Position numbers and translations under genes: made by a program. A DNA stretch of 63,233 bases, counting the filler, from Octopus bimaculoides (Eukaryota): the NCBI RefSeq assembly GCF_001194135.2. It is 8 parts of 7 records of this genome, joined end to end, with 100 filler letters (N's around TTAATTAATTAA, not from the genome) between each part and the next. Parts side by side here need not be neighbours in the genome. Positions count along the whole stretch, not along the records: positions 1 to 5,369 come from NC_068992.1; positions 5,470 to 14,168 come from NC_068981.1; 6 more parts are not named here. One strand, written 5' to 3'. Below the pieces are notes generated by a model. It saw nothing but the letters and a program-made list of their open reading frames with translations. It was not told the DNA's origin and searched no databases. This document shows positions 1 through 13,164 of the stretch, in pieces; within the stretch, counting starts at the first letter, position 1, and each line of letters begins with the position of its first letter.

Positions 1-10
1 ATATATATAT

Positions 11-57
<47 letters not shown>

Positions 58-59
58 TG

Positions 60-275
60 CGTTTATCGTTTGTGTCAGTGTTTGTCCCCCCACCACCATC
101 GCCTGACAACCGATGATGGTGTGTTTACATTCCCGTCACCTAGCGGTTCGGCACAAAGGGGACGATAGTATATGCACTAGGCTTACAAAGACTAAGTCCT
201 GGGCTCGATTTATTCGACTAGATGTGGGTCTCCAGCATGGCCGCAGTCAAGAGTAGAAGAGTTAAAGAGTAAAAA
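60..275 (+). mobile_element. SINE family B, 3' half
   Basis: tttgtcccc...gacaaccgat...gcggttcggca...ctccagcatggccgcagtcaa, shared with the other copies. Confidence 0.85.
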
Positions 276-507
276 CTAATATCGAAATGAAAATATCAAA
301 TGAAAAGGTATGTAAAAAAGAGAAAGATTTATTAAAACGGGTATAACAACTGATACAGGAGCAAATTGAAGAATTACTGTGGTAGATAGAGCGACAATTG
401 TAAATAAGACAAGGATGACGTCAGGTTGCCAGACGCAGTGAACGTGCTTCGTCATCTAACTACCAGATACATACACAATGCTTAAATAATTACTTATTAA
501 CACAGAT

Positions 508-712
508 TCTTTTACTTGTTTCCGTTATTTTCACTGTGGCCATACTGGAGCACCGCTTTTTAGTCGGAGAAATCGATCCCTGGACTTATTCTTTGTCAGC
601 CTTTATACATATTCTATCGGTCCCTTTTGCAGAACTGCTAAGTTACGGGAACGTAAACACACCAACATCGGTTGTTAAGCGATGGTGGAGGGACAAACAC
701 AAACACAAACAC

Positions 713-796
<84 letters not shown>

Positions 797-946
797 AACA
801 GGCTTCTTTCTGTTTCCAGCTGCCAAATCCACTCACAAGGCTTTGGTCGGCCTGAGGTTATTGTAGAAAACACTTACCCAAGGTGCCACACTGTGGAAAT
901 TATCCCAGAACCATGTGGTTGAGAAGCAAGATTCTTACCACACATA
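508..946 (-). mobile_element. SINE family B (tRNA-like head, internal (TA)n)
   Basis: Reverse complement of the 14491..14910 copy. Confidence 0.9.
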
Positions 947-1004
947 TTGACTTGTTTCGTGAATATTTGAGCAAGTCTTGGAAGCAATTACAAACGGATG
1001 CTAA

Positions 1005-1215
1005 GATAGCATTTATTGCGATATTTGTTTGAATATTTGGCAAAACGCCAGCAATTTCAGACGGAGGGTTTAGTCGATTACATGGACCTCGGTTCCTAAT
1101 AGGTACTGTATTTCATCGACCCCGAAAGAATGAAAGGTAAAGTCGGCCTCGATGCAATTTGAAGTCAGAACCTGCAATCAGACGAAATTCCGCCAAAGAT
1201 TTTGTCCGGTGCCAA
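1005..1215 (-). mobile_element. SINE family A
   Basis: Reverse complement of the 18562..18790 copy. Confidence 0.75.
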
Positions 1216-1971
1216 TAATATGAAGTAATTACGAGCCCCTAGAAACAGCTGTCGGACCTGTAGAAACATACCTTCTCAACGTAATATTCTTTGTACACTG
1301 TGTAATCTTGCTCCTTTAATGTATGAATACCTATGTATCTATACATGAATGCTCATCGCCTGAATATTTTCCTCCTTTGCTTTCTCTCTATGTACATGTA
1401 TACATATTTTATACATCTACCTAAAACGGTTTTGTTTGTTCATTAGCTCCAATATTTTCATATCTGCTCAACAGGATTCCTTTTGCAGTCAATCTCTTTG
1501 CTTCGTGGGCTTAGAGTCTGATAAAGATTTTGAAGTGTAATTTCAAATCATCTGAGTGCAACTATGTTTTCTGTATTGAGCATCTCATCTGTTGACTCTG
1601 TGTTTGTGTCTGTGTATGTGTGAATGTGTGTGGGTGTGTATGTATGTGCGTGCGCGCGTTCTAAATATTTTTGTTTTCAACTTTTAAAGCCCAAACTATG
1701 TAAGTTATAAAAAATTATATAAGTTGATGGTTTGTCCTCTTATCATGTATTTCATTATGTGGTGGTTTGAAAACTTTCTGCGGGAAAACTATGGTGAATG
1801 TGTTGTGTTCTGTAGAAGGAGTCCTAAACTCGAAATGTTGAAATTAAAGTCAGACTATTAACCATCAACCTGTATTATATCTCATTTCGCTGTAAATAAT
1901 GATAAATTTATTTATATACATATCAAAGAATACTTTGTGCAAACGATACGACTCTGATATATGCGAACCTA

Positions 1972-2190
1972 AAGGCGGTGAGCTAGCAGAATGGTTAGCA
2001 TGCCGGGAAAAACGCTTAGCGGCGTTTCATCTGTCTTCGTGTTCTAATTTCAAATTTTCGCCCAGGTCAACTCTGTACTTCATCGTTTCGAAGTCAAATA
2101 AAATAAGTACCAGTTGAACACTAGGATCGATGTAATCAACTTCATTTCCATCGATATTGCTGGCCTTGTGCTAAAATTTGAAATTCGTAT
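1972..2190 (+). mobile_element. SINE family A
   Basis: ggcggtgagctagcagaa...aaacgcttagcggcgtttc...aagtaccag. Confidence 0.8.
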
Positions 2191-2396
2191 AAGTATATCC
2201 TAAATACATTGGAAGATTTTATAACAATGATTTTTGAAATATATGATACTACCAATAGTTTGAGCATTTTAATTCTTGTATTTGATATATTTAAAACGAA
2301 CTATTATATATAAATTACGTACAAAACAAAATACATTACAAAGAAAATATCTCTTATAAAATACATTATATATATTATATATACATGTGTGTGTGT

Positions 2397-2458
<62 letters not shown>

Positions 2459-3664
2459 TATAGGAAACATTTGGTTTATTCATTTGAGATTTATGCGTAA
2501 TGGTTATTTTCAATGACAAACAATTCAAACTATTACAGAAATGCACTTGTATATAAATTCTTTACAAATTAAGACATTCGCCGTTTCTTTTAACCTTAAT
2601 GGAAATTTCTTTATTGAAAATGTTTCTCTCGAGTTCTATGAGAGAGAGATAACATTGTTGAACATACATATTCATGTACACACACATGCAGAGATATCTT
2701 AGGAATCACTATCTATCTTGCAGAAGTATATCCTCCAATCTTACATATAGCTACGGGAAATGTGAACTTGCAATCGGACAGGTTATGCGATAACCCATTC
2801 CTACTGCGTATTTGTATTCACTCAAGCTGATACACGTTGTCCTCCTACCAAAACCCAATCTTCCAGAGGGAAATATATATTCTACCTTTGGTTGTGTGTT
2901 GTTTTATATTGAAATATATAACCATGTACCCTGTATTCTGTACCGTCCACTCCGACCAAATTTGAACTCAGAATGAAGAGTTGCTAATTTTAACAATATA
3001 AGGTGTATTGCAAGGTTCACTATCTAGTGTTCATACGGCAACTAACATCTATTTTGACTTTATTAACCAATTAAGTCCCAGAGTACTTAAATTTCTGAAT
3101 ATTACTTGTAAATGTTTACAGATGATTGAAAATAGATTAAAATGAAAGAAAAAAAATTATTAAAACTCCTTTACTTCAAGCACAAATGGAAATACTTGGT
3201 GTTCTATAAATAGGACACTGAGACAATGTGATATAAGCTTATTTAATGTTCTCATTTAGTGTCCTATTTATAGGACAGTGGTACTTAATGCGTTGCTAGC
3301 TACTGTATAAATCCTTATGTGGCCAATAGAACTGATAGATATTCTAGCCAAATAACGGATAAATCACAACATTCCGGCTTTAGAAATGAGAAAACATTGA
3401 TTAATGTATTTGGAGAACGGCTGTATCTGGATAATCGGGAGGACGGAAAGATTACAGCTGAAATATCATTGCTCACTTGTCTGCGAAAACAGAAGGTGCA
3501 AAGGGCTTAGCCAAGCCATACCTAAAATATTAATAAGGCAAACAACTGGTAAATCAATGTTAAGTGTTGACTATTAATAACAACATGAAGCCTAGTAACT
3601 GAAGACCTCTATTTGGTCACAATCTCATGATAAATTTAAATGCTCTCGTGGTATTAAGATAAGG

Positions 3665-3965
3665 AGTACTCCGTCGGTTACGACCATGAGGGTCTCTGCT
3701 GATGCAATCAACAGAACAGCTTGCTCATGAAATTAACGTGCAAGTGGCTGAGCACTCCACAAACACGTGTATCCTTAACATAGTTCTCAGGGAGATTCAG
3801 CGTGACAAGGCTGGCCCTTCGAAATACAAGTACTACTCATTTTTGCAAGCTGAGTGGACTGGAGCAACTTGAAATATTGTATCTTGCTCAAGAACACAAC
3901 GCGTCGCCGGTAATTGAACTCCCGACCTTACGTTCGTGAGCCGAATGCCCTAACCACTAAGCTAT
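3665..3965 (-). mobile_element. SINE family C
   Basis: Shares gtggctgagcactccaca...gggagattcagcgtgaca with the 13.2-13.9 kb copies; tRNA-like head at right. Confidence 0.85.
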
Positions 3966-4328
3966 GCGACTTCACATGTTATTAAGATATAATCAAAAAG
4001 AAAACGGTGAGTTGGCATTGTTGTTAGTACGGCGGATAAAATGATTAACAGCATTTCTTCTGGCTTTACGTTCTGACTTTGCTTTCTATGCTTCCAAAGG
4101 CGATAAAATAAAGTAAAATTAGAGAACTTGGGTGAATGTAATAGACTAGCCTCCACCCAACAAGATTTCACGCTGTGCAGCTCCTGTAGAAATATCTCAT
4201 CAGAAAGGTAGAATCCAGTTTTGCCATCTCTGTGTATATAGCAGTAATTAAGAATATAAAATTACATCTGGTTAAGTTTTCATATATTGCTCTGTTAAAT
4301 TGTAGTTTTAGCGCATAATACCACACAC

Positions 4329-4370
<42 letters not shown>

Positions 4371-5048
4371 ACACACACACACACAAACACTCGCAACACG
4401 GCATATACATATACATTGATTTATATAAACAATAATAATGCTAAACATTTAACATAAATACAAAATATGCTTCCGACTATATTAAACAATTCGCCGTGTA
4501 TCTTTGTCGAGAGACAAAGATGATAGCAGTGATATGTTTAATATTTGAACGTTTTATTGTAACCAATGATCCCGCAACCAAATAACCACTCATTATTTCG
4601 ATAGTTACATCAACATCTGAAATTGTACTTACAATAGAATGTTCCCCAACAACAGCTGTCACTATTCGATGCTGCATTGCAACAGAGTTATTCAAATTTA
4701 ACTATTATACCGGCTGTTATCAGTGACAATATTGGATAAAGAAACTGTCATAGAAATTATTGGCAAGCGCTGTAAGAATCAGGATTTCAAGCTGATATCA
4801 GGCTGTGTCTTTTAATCACAGGTCGAATGGTAGTTCACTCCAATTACATTGCTACGTAACCACAGAAATCTGTGAAAGTTACGCCGACATGAAACCCTCA
4901 AAAGGCAACGCAGATGTATTTAGTTAAATGAAGTAATTTTATTTTGCAAATGAAAGGTTTCACAGTATATAAGAGAGGTTTATCTCTTGGACACGTCTTA
5001 AATTCAGTCTTGCAGTCATAAACTTACAACACACACTCATAAACTCTT

Positions 5049-5094
<46 letters not shown>

Positions 5095-5129
5095 GGACAT
5101 AAGAATACATGAATATATATATGTATACA

Positions 5130-5335
5130 GAAACATGTACATTACGGAGATGTATTTGCATAGCAAGTGATTTGATCTGAGATCGTGTGCTGGAACGAAA
5201 ACAACTGCAGCGCAGAAGGTGTTTAAGAAACACACCAAAACCGTTAGAGTCACTTCGACATTTAAATTTAATTCGCCAAAATATTTTCGTTGCTTTCAGA
5301 CCGCGACCTGTTCACTGACAAAATTCCCCGCAGCA
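5130..5335 (-). mobile_element. Probable Penelope-like pseudo-LTR / non-autonomous fragment carrying the hammerhead
   Basis: Contains the hammerhead fold. Positions 5198..5224 match 50553..50579 at 24/27 nt in the opposite orientation, so the sequence is repetitive. Confidence 0.45.
5272..5322 (-). ncRNA. Minimal type I hammerhead ribozyme fold (Penelope-type), G3:C8 core variant
   Basis: Minus strand: UUUGUCA-GUGAACA-G-GUCGC-ggucugaaa-GCAAC-GAAA-AUAU-U-U-UGGCGAA. Stem I is 7 bp (2 GU pairs), stem II is 4/5 paired, and stem III is the palindrome AAAAUAUUUU. Confidence 0.6.
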
Positions 5336-5413
5336 TAAATATGTGTAAGTATATGTATGTATGTATATANNNNNNNNNNNNNNNNNNNNNNNNNNNNNNN
5401 NNNNNNNNNNNNN

Positions 5414-5425
5414 TTAATTAATTAA
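5414..5425. other. Artificial contig linker TTAATTAATTAA inside N runs (also 14213, 19059, 45473, 50473, 57456, 62157)
   Basis: Identical 12-mer centred in N44...N44 seven times; it has stop codons in all six frames. Confidence 0.97.
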
Positions 5426-5851
5426 NNNNNNNNNNNNNNNNNNNNNNNNNNNNNNNNNNNNNNNNNNNNTATATATATATATACATATATACATTTACGT
5501 GTATGTATGTATGTATGTATGTATGTATGTATCTTTACGTCAATGTTATTTACTTTTTTATTAATAATACAGTTAATTAACCAGTCTTTTGTTGCAGGGT
5601 AAATAGACAATCGAAAAAAAGGAGCAATGGAGGGGAGGGGGAGAATAGAAAGAAAGAAACAAACAAACAAACAAACAAACAAAGAAGTAGAAGTTGAAAA
5701 AGAATAAGGATTGGCGAAGTTTGATGAGAGATTGATAAAAGTAGCAAATCATACGTGCAAACAGATATATGAATTTATTAATCGTCAGACTTAAACCAGA
5801 CGACAAATCATTCTAACTTATGACAAGAAAGTTTGTTTAATAATGATAATA

Positions 5852-6460
5852 ATAATAATTATTATTATTATATGTTTGACTTTTGTTTTGTATTTGTACA
5901 AGTTGACTCCAAGTCTCACCCAGAGACCTCAAGAGACAAGTTAGAAGTTCATGTTGGTGTCATGCCTAGGGTGTCATACATTTGGTTTTGTACATAGTAT
6001 TGTTCGAGAGAATGTTTAAGAAAATTATGAGTTTGTTTCAAAATTTTGAGATTACATAGACAGTATTTTACGTAGGATATGGGCAGTTTCCATGAGCACT
6101 ATCTTTTGAATTTCTGCCATTTTGGGCTTTTTTGTTATCTGAGCTAGGTAGGAATCAATCCCTTTTGCTATCCATTCCTACGGCACCTAATACAACAGGT
6201 ATTGTTTTAGTTTTGAGGTTCCACATTTTGCCAATTTCTATTTCAAGATCTTTATACTTTCTCAGTTTTTGGTAGGTCTTGACAAACACTTTTTATGTCG
6301 ATTGGGACAGTCATATCAATGAAGAGGCATGATCTTTGTCTGAAGTTCTTCAATATAATGTCTGGTATATTCGCATCTATCTTTCTCTCAGTTTGAACGG
6401 TGAAGTTCCAGAGGAGTGAGATGTAGTCATTTTCAAACACTAAGATCAAAGCCTTCTCAC
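5852..6460 (-). mobile_element. 3' fragment of an RLE-type non-LTR retrotransposon (R4/Dong-like), with 3' UTR and (TAA)n tail
   Basis: Frameshifted translation: FENDYISLLWNFTVQTERKIDANIPDIIL...CLFIDMTVP...KLRKYKDLEIEIGKMWNLKTKTIPVVLGAVG...AEIQKIVLMETAHILRKILSM*. Confidence 0.85.
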
Positions 6461-6487
6461 CAGAAACCACCAGAAACCACCAGAAAC

Positions 6488-7130
6488 ACATAATGAAGAA
6501 AAATACAAGTAACTGCAGAATATGTGATGATGGAGAAGAAACAATAAATCATATTGTCTCTGGCTGCCCAGCCTTATATAAGAAGGAATATATTCTCAGA
6601 CACGGCAGAGTTGGGACCTATATATACTGGAAGCTATGCTACCACAATGTAACTACAATAGAAAAAAGATAGTATAAGCACACCCCAGAAATAGTCTCAG
6701 AAAATAACAAAGTAACCCTGCTCTGAGATATGCCAACAGAAACAAGCAGTCGCTAATAGACCGGATATAGTTGTCAGAGATCATCATGAAAAAAATGCTT
6801 TCTAATCGATGAATCAATCCCAACAGATGACAATGTATCTCTAAAAGAAACGGAGAAACTCTCAAAGTACAAAGATCTGGAAATAGAGGTCACCCGAATG
6901 TGGAGCCTAAAAACAGAAACAATCCTTATAATAATAGGTGCATTAGGTATGGTTAAAAAACATTCAGACAAACACATAACCAAAATACGAGGACTTCCCA
7001 ATAAATATAACGTACACAAAATAGCACTACCAGGCACCGCACACATCCTACGTAAAGCACTTTCAATACTTTGAAAAGAATCGCACCAAAACCAGTTCAA
7101 AATGAAAAATACGCAGATATACAAAAATTA
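6488..7130 (+). mobile_element. 3' fragment of an RLE-type non-LTR retrotransposon (CCHC knuckle + restriction-like endonuclease), pseudogenised
   Basis: CRICDDGEETINHIVSGC...RHGRVGTYIYWKLC, then NRPDIVV...CFLIDESIP...EKLSKYKDLEIEVTRMW...IIGALG...KIALPGTAHILRKALSIL* (stop 7072..7074). In-frame stops and frameshifts are present. Confidence 0.88.
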
Positions 7131-7735
7131 AACTATCGATACCATCTTCAAATTGTTTCATTTCCATCTCAAGTGCGTCCTTTATTCTTCTTCAAATTGT
7201 TGTTTATAATTCCTCACTCTATATCATAGGTTCTATTTACGCGTTTGTAACAAAGCGGTTCTGTAAAAGAGATCGATAGAATAAGTACAAGGCTTTGAAA
7301 TGGTATGTAGTGAAGCTAATTCGTTCAACTAAAAATTCTTCAAGGCAGAGCCTCGGCATGGCCGTAGTCTAATGACTGAAACAAGTAGAAGATTAAAAAA
7401 AATGATGTCAGAGTATTTAGTGTAAGATTGTCAGTTCAAACTATCAGTTAGAGGAAATCCGAATGGTCGTTGTCAGGGGAACACATCAAACACAAGTTTG
7501 ACATCACCAAAGATGTCATCATTTCAAAACATATCCGTAACAGCTTTTATATGCTAACAGAACCTGTCCGAAGATTCTGACAAACATTTCTACAATTACT
7601 TTGTTATTAGAATGGTTTATTGATTCCGGAATTGTATGAAGTCGTGAGGCATTAAGTTAAGAGAATGGGAGATTCAGAAGGGTGCCGGATAACAGCAAAA
7701 GAATGCCGGATAAAACAACATGTTTTACCATATCT

Positions 7736-7969
7736 ATCTTTTCTTTTACATGTTTCAATTATTAGAATGCGGCCGTGCTAGGGCATCGCCTTCAAGAATT
7801 TTTAGATGAATGAATCTATCCTAGCACTTAAACTCCTTAAGCCTTGGACTTATTTTATCGATCCCTTTTACCGAATCGCTAAGTTATGGGGACGAACACA
7901 AACCGACACTGTCGTCAAAGCGGTGGTGGTGGTGGTGGTGGTGGGGAAACATACATAAAGACACACACG

Positions 7970-8017
<48 letters not shown>

Positions 8018-8202
8018 NNNNNNNNNNNNNNNNNNNNNNNNNNNNNNNNNNNNNNNNNNNNNNNNNNNNNNNNNNNNNNNNNNNNNNNNNNNNNNNNNNN
8101 NNNNNNNNNNNNNNNNGTAATTTGCGAAGATATCATTGACTCTATTATTATCTAGTGTAACAATTTAAAAATGATAATAACATATTTGTATGTATGTGTG
8201 TG

Positions 8203-8246
<44 letters not shown>

Positions 8247-8405
8247 GTATGTATGCATGTGTGTGTACACGACGGGCTTCTTTTAGTTTCTCTCTATGAA
8301 ATCCACTCACAAGACTTTCGTCTGCACGAGAATATAGTAGAATTCGCTGAGCCCGAAACCATGTGGTTAGGAAGCAATCTTCTTCCCACTCAGCTACGCA
8401 TGCGC
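7736..8405 (-). mobile_element. SINE family B with a gap in its internal microsatellite
   Basis: Tail lies left of the gap and head lies right of it. Confidence 0.8.
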
Positions 8406-10224
8406 TTACAAAACATCCTTATGTTCCTTCAGAGCAATGTTCGGGAAACTTATATCATCGACCTCTTCATGGAATCTTTGTTAGCTTATTGACACCCACC
8501 AGCATGCGAATTTTCAAATAAAATTAAGCTGTATAATCAACTGAAAGAAAATCGTTTCAAATTTTGTAAGCCCCATAAATTAACCGGTACATATGTGCAG
8601 ATACTTCCACAACCTGCTTGTAAATGTATACGTATAGTGCAATTAAAATGTATTGGAAGAAAAAAACACATGGGCATTTTACCAACATTTTTCAACAAAA
8701 ACATCAAAGTCGTTACAAGAAATATAACAATTAAAGAAACCCCTATAAAAATACCTCCCCTTATTTCTGTATTTAATATATTGGGCCATAGAAACAGACG
8801 TTTGAAGTCCCGTGTGTATATATATATATATATATATATNNNNNNNNNNNNNNNNNNNNNNNNNNNNNNNNNNNNNNNNNNNNNNNNNNNNNNNNNNNNN
8901 NNNNNNNNNNNNNNNNNNNNNNNNNNNNNNNNNNNNNNNNNNNNNNNNNNNNNNNNNNNNNNNNNNNNNNNNNNNNNNNNNNNNNNNNNNNNNNNNNNNN
9001 NNNNNNNNNNNNNNNNNNNNNNNNNNNNNNNNNNNNNNNNNNNNNNNNNNNNNNNNNNNNNNNNNNNNNNNNNNNNNNNNNNNNNNNNNNNNNNNNNNNN
9101 NNNNNNNNNNNNNNNNNNNNNNNNNNNNNNNNNNNNNNNNNNNNNNNNNNNNNNNNNNNNNNNNNNNNNNNNNNNNNNNNNNNNNNNNNNNNNNNNNNNN
9201 NNNNNNNNNNNNNNNNNNNNNNNNNNNNNNNNNNNNNNNNNNNNNNNNNNNNNNNNNNNNNNNNNNNNNNNNNNNNNNNNNNNNNNNNNNNNNNNNNNNN
9301 NNNNNNNNNNNNNNNNNNNNNNNNNNNNNNNNNNNNNNNNNNNNNNNNNNNNNNNNNNNNNNNNNNNNNNNNNNNNNNNNNNNNNNNNNNNNNNNNNNNN
9401 NNNNNNNNNNNNNNNNNNNNNNNNNNNNNNNNNNNNNNNNNNNNNNNNNNNNNNNNNNNNNNNNNNNNNNNNNNNNNNNNNNNNNNNNNNNNNNNNNNNN
9501 NNNNNNNNNNNNNNNNNNNNNNNNNNNNNNNNNNNNNNNNNNNNNNNNNNNNNNNNNNNNNNNNNNNNNNNNNNNNNNNNNNNNNNNNNNNNNNNNNNNN
9601 NNNNNNNNNNNNNNNNNNNNNNNNNNNNNNNNNNNNNNNNNNNNNNNNNNNNNNNNNNNNNNNNNNNNNNNNNNNNNNNNNNNNNNNNNNNNNNNNNNNA
9701 TATACATATATATATATTCACATACATACATACATGCGCACATACATAATCGAAAAGTTTCTATAATAAATATATAAAAATCAAATTGTAACAAAGAAAA
9801 GTAATAATTGGAATGCTAAAGAGACTTCTCAGTCACCGTGTACAATACGCACCCATGTATCACACGCGACTGCTTGCCTTTTGTTGTTGTTGGGGGTGGT
9901 TGTTTTTTTACTTTTTTATATTTTCTGTGTTTAGTTTTTTGGTCCTTAATTTTCGTGGCTTCAGCAAATGAAAAACAGTCTTTAAAATCCTCGTTCGTCT
10001 TAAAATATTGTCACTTGGTCAATCAGTGGCAATTAGATTACGAAAACATTCAGTCAATTTTTACAACCTTTCAAAAAGAAGATTCTTTCTTCAAGACAGA
10101 CATTTCAATTGGAATTACTTTTCCAAGTCTCTTCTTTGCTTGTAACCGAATTAAATCACAATTTCTGTCTGTCTGAAAACTATAATTTTATCATTCGTGT
10201 CTTTTCAACTAACTCACTCACTCA

Positions 10225-10293
<69 letters not shown>

Positions 10294-10479
10294 AATCTTT
10301 CTACTTATCACTCCCTCTAAATACGAACACACACACACACATGTATACGTATGCTTACAAGGCTTAACTATACATTCATTTATATATATAGATATATATA
10401 ATCTGTCCATCTATTTATCTTTCTATTTAACTACATATCTATCTATCGATATAATATACATACACACATGCACATATGC

Positions 10480-10510
<31 letters not shown>

Positions 10511-10985
10511 NNNNNNNNNNNNNNNNNNNNNNNNNNNNNNNNNNNNNNNNNNNNNNNNNNNNNNNNNNNNNNNNNNNNNNNNNNNNNNNNNNNNNNNNNN
10601 NNNNNNNNNNNNNNNNNNNNNNNNNNNNNNNNNNNNNNNNNNNNNNNNNNNNNNNNNNNNNNNNNNNNNNNNNNNNNNNNNNNNNNNNNNNNNNNNNNNN
10701 NNNNNNNNNNNNNNNNNNNNNNNNNNNNNNNNNNNNNNNNNNNNNNNNNNNNNNNNNNNNNNNNNNNNNNNNNNNNNNNNNNNNNNNNNNNNNNNNNNNN
10801 NNNNNNNNNNNNNNNNNNNNNNNNNNNNNNNNNNNNNNNNNNNNNNATATATATATATATATATATACATATATATACATACACACACGCGCACATGCAT
10901 ACACACACACATATATCTGTCGCTCATATTTCTAACGTATAATTGTCACAATTATCTCCCCAACATTTCTCTCTCTCTCTGTGCT

Positions 10986-11018
<33 letters not shown>

Positions 11019-11041
11019 GCTTCTCCCTCTCTCTCTGTGCT

Positions 11042-11076
<35 letters not shown>

Positions 11077-11079
11077 GCT

Positions 11080-11132
<53 letters not shown>

Positions 11133-11765
11133 CTTTCATGTATATATATATATTATATATATATATATATCCCTTATATATCTTATATTTCTGTTTAACT
11201 CCAACGTTCCTCATTTCGCAGTTGTCCTTCCTTACATTTCGTTTATTTCTCTTTCCTTGTTTCCCACCAATGCGCCAATAACAATTCATCTGTCTCACCT
11301 TTTCGTAATCCGATATATAATCTTTCTCTACATCTCTCCTCACCCTCTTTTTCTGTATATCTCTCTCCTCCCCCTCGTCCCCTCTCTCTCTCTCTCTTTC
11401 TCTCTTACGATCCAGCTCACACTTTCAAACACAGCCCAACGTTCTTTATTTCCTCCTAACCTAACGATGCGTATTGAAATACACACTCAGGTGCACACCA
11501 GCACATACATGCACTAGCACGAGTCTATACACAGATATATAATTCCATACACACACACACACACACACGCGCGCGCAATATTTTCTTAAATCAAATTTTC
11601 TAAATTGACATAGTTATTACCCAACACTGGCGCTGAAGGAATTTTCATCAAAATACTTTTATTGATTGACAGGCTTAAAACACGCATTATAAACACACAC
11701 ATACACACACACATACACACTCACATACATATGTATGTATGTGCATATGCATAGAATATATACAT

Positions 11766-11811
<46 letters not shown>

Positions 11812-11935
11812 GTATAATATATAAATGCATATATATTATATATTATACACATATGCATTATATATTTTATATATATGTGTATAATATATGTATATATATA
11901 ATATAAATAATATATATATATGCATATATATATAC

Positions 11936-11972
<37 letters not shown>

Positions 11973-12520
11973 NNNNNNNNNNNNNNNNNNNNNNNNNNNN
12001 NNNNNNNNNNNNNNNNNNNNNNNNNNNNNNNNNNNNNNNNNNNNNNNNNNNNNNNNNNNNNNNNNNNNNNNNNNNNNNNNNNNNNNNNNNNNNNNNNNNN
12101 NNNNNNNNNNNNNNNNNNNNNNNNNNNNNNNNNNNNNNNNNNNNNNNNNNNNNNNNNNNNNNNNNNNNNNNNNNNNNNNNNNNNNNNNNNNNNNNNNNNN
12201 NNNNNNNNNNNNNNNNNNNNNNNNNNNNNNNNNNNNNNNNNNNNNNNNNNNNNNNNNNNNNNNNNNNNNNNNNNNNNNNNNNNNNNNNNNNNNNNNNNNN
12301 NNNNNNNNNNNNNNNNNNNNNNNNNNNNNNNNNNNNNNNNNNNNNNNNNNNNNNNNNNNNNNNNNNNNNNNNNNNNNNNNNNNNNNNNNNNNNNNNNNNN
12401 NNNNNNNNNNNNNNNNNNNNNNNNNNNNNNNNNNNNNNNNNNNNNTAAATTAAATTCAGATTCAATAGTGTATACGAATACCACTTACCATAAATAGAGC
12501 CGTCGCTAGCCACGTGGTTT

Positions 12521-12885
12521 TCATCATTGCCTCCCTCTTAGCGAAGGCGGAGGTATTGTTTTCAGTTGTGTTTGTTTGTTTGCTTTACGTCATGGTTATT
12601 TGTTTGTTTGTCCTTGGACAAGATATCTCAAGAACCGCTGGATGGATTCGGATGAAACTTTCAGGGATGTTTGGCCTCATGACTGGCATGAAGTGGTTAG
12701 ATTTAGGGATTGATCTGGTACCGGACAAGGATTCTCGATTATTTTTCCGTTTTTTTTTTTTTTAACTTAATTTTTGAGAGCTGTCGGGTTCATTTTTAGT
12801 ATTCTCGTTCGTGAAAGCAATCGAGTTTACCTCAGATGTTCCCATTTTAAAAATCATCTCTGTTGAGGGCTCTTCGTACTATTAA
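12521..12885 (+). mobile_element. Probable Helentron-associated non-autonomous element (HINE/DINE-like)
   Basis: 5' subterminal hairpin cctcc..ggagg (12530..12553), internal (GTTT)n runs, and the block caagatatctcaagaaccgctggatggattcggatgaaact, which I recall as typical of this element class. Confidence 0.5.
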
Positions 12886-13164
12886 TAATAACGGTAATAA
12901 TACTTATTTCATTTATATATATATATTTTGCACATAATAGATATATAATCTATATGTGCAATATGTGTATATACACATGTATATAAACATATATATATAT
13001 ATATGTACATAAATATGTATATACAAATAAATAAATAGGTAAATATAATCTATTCTACTCTAGGCACAAGGCCCGAAATTTGAAGGAAGGGGACCAGTCG
13101 ATTAGATCGACCCCAGTATAAATCAATGAATTAATGAAGGCCTCTTCTGCTGTGAGAAGCAGAA

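Noticed and set aside
3962-4171. Minus-strand LLIILSAVLTTM as a candidate KCNQ exon 2 (S1)
   Set aside because: Only superficial similarity to CLIFSVLSTI, no polypyrimidine tract, the nearest AG gives the wrong phase, and no donor precedes the stop.
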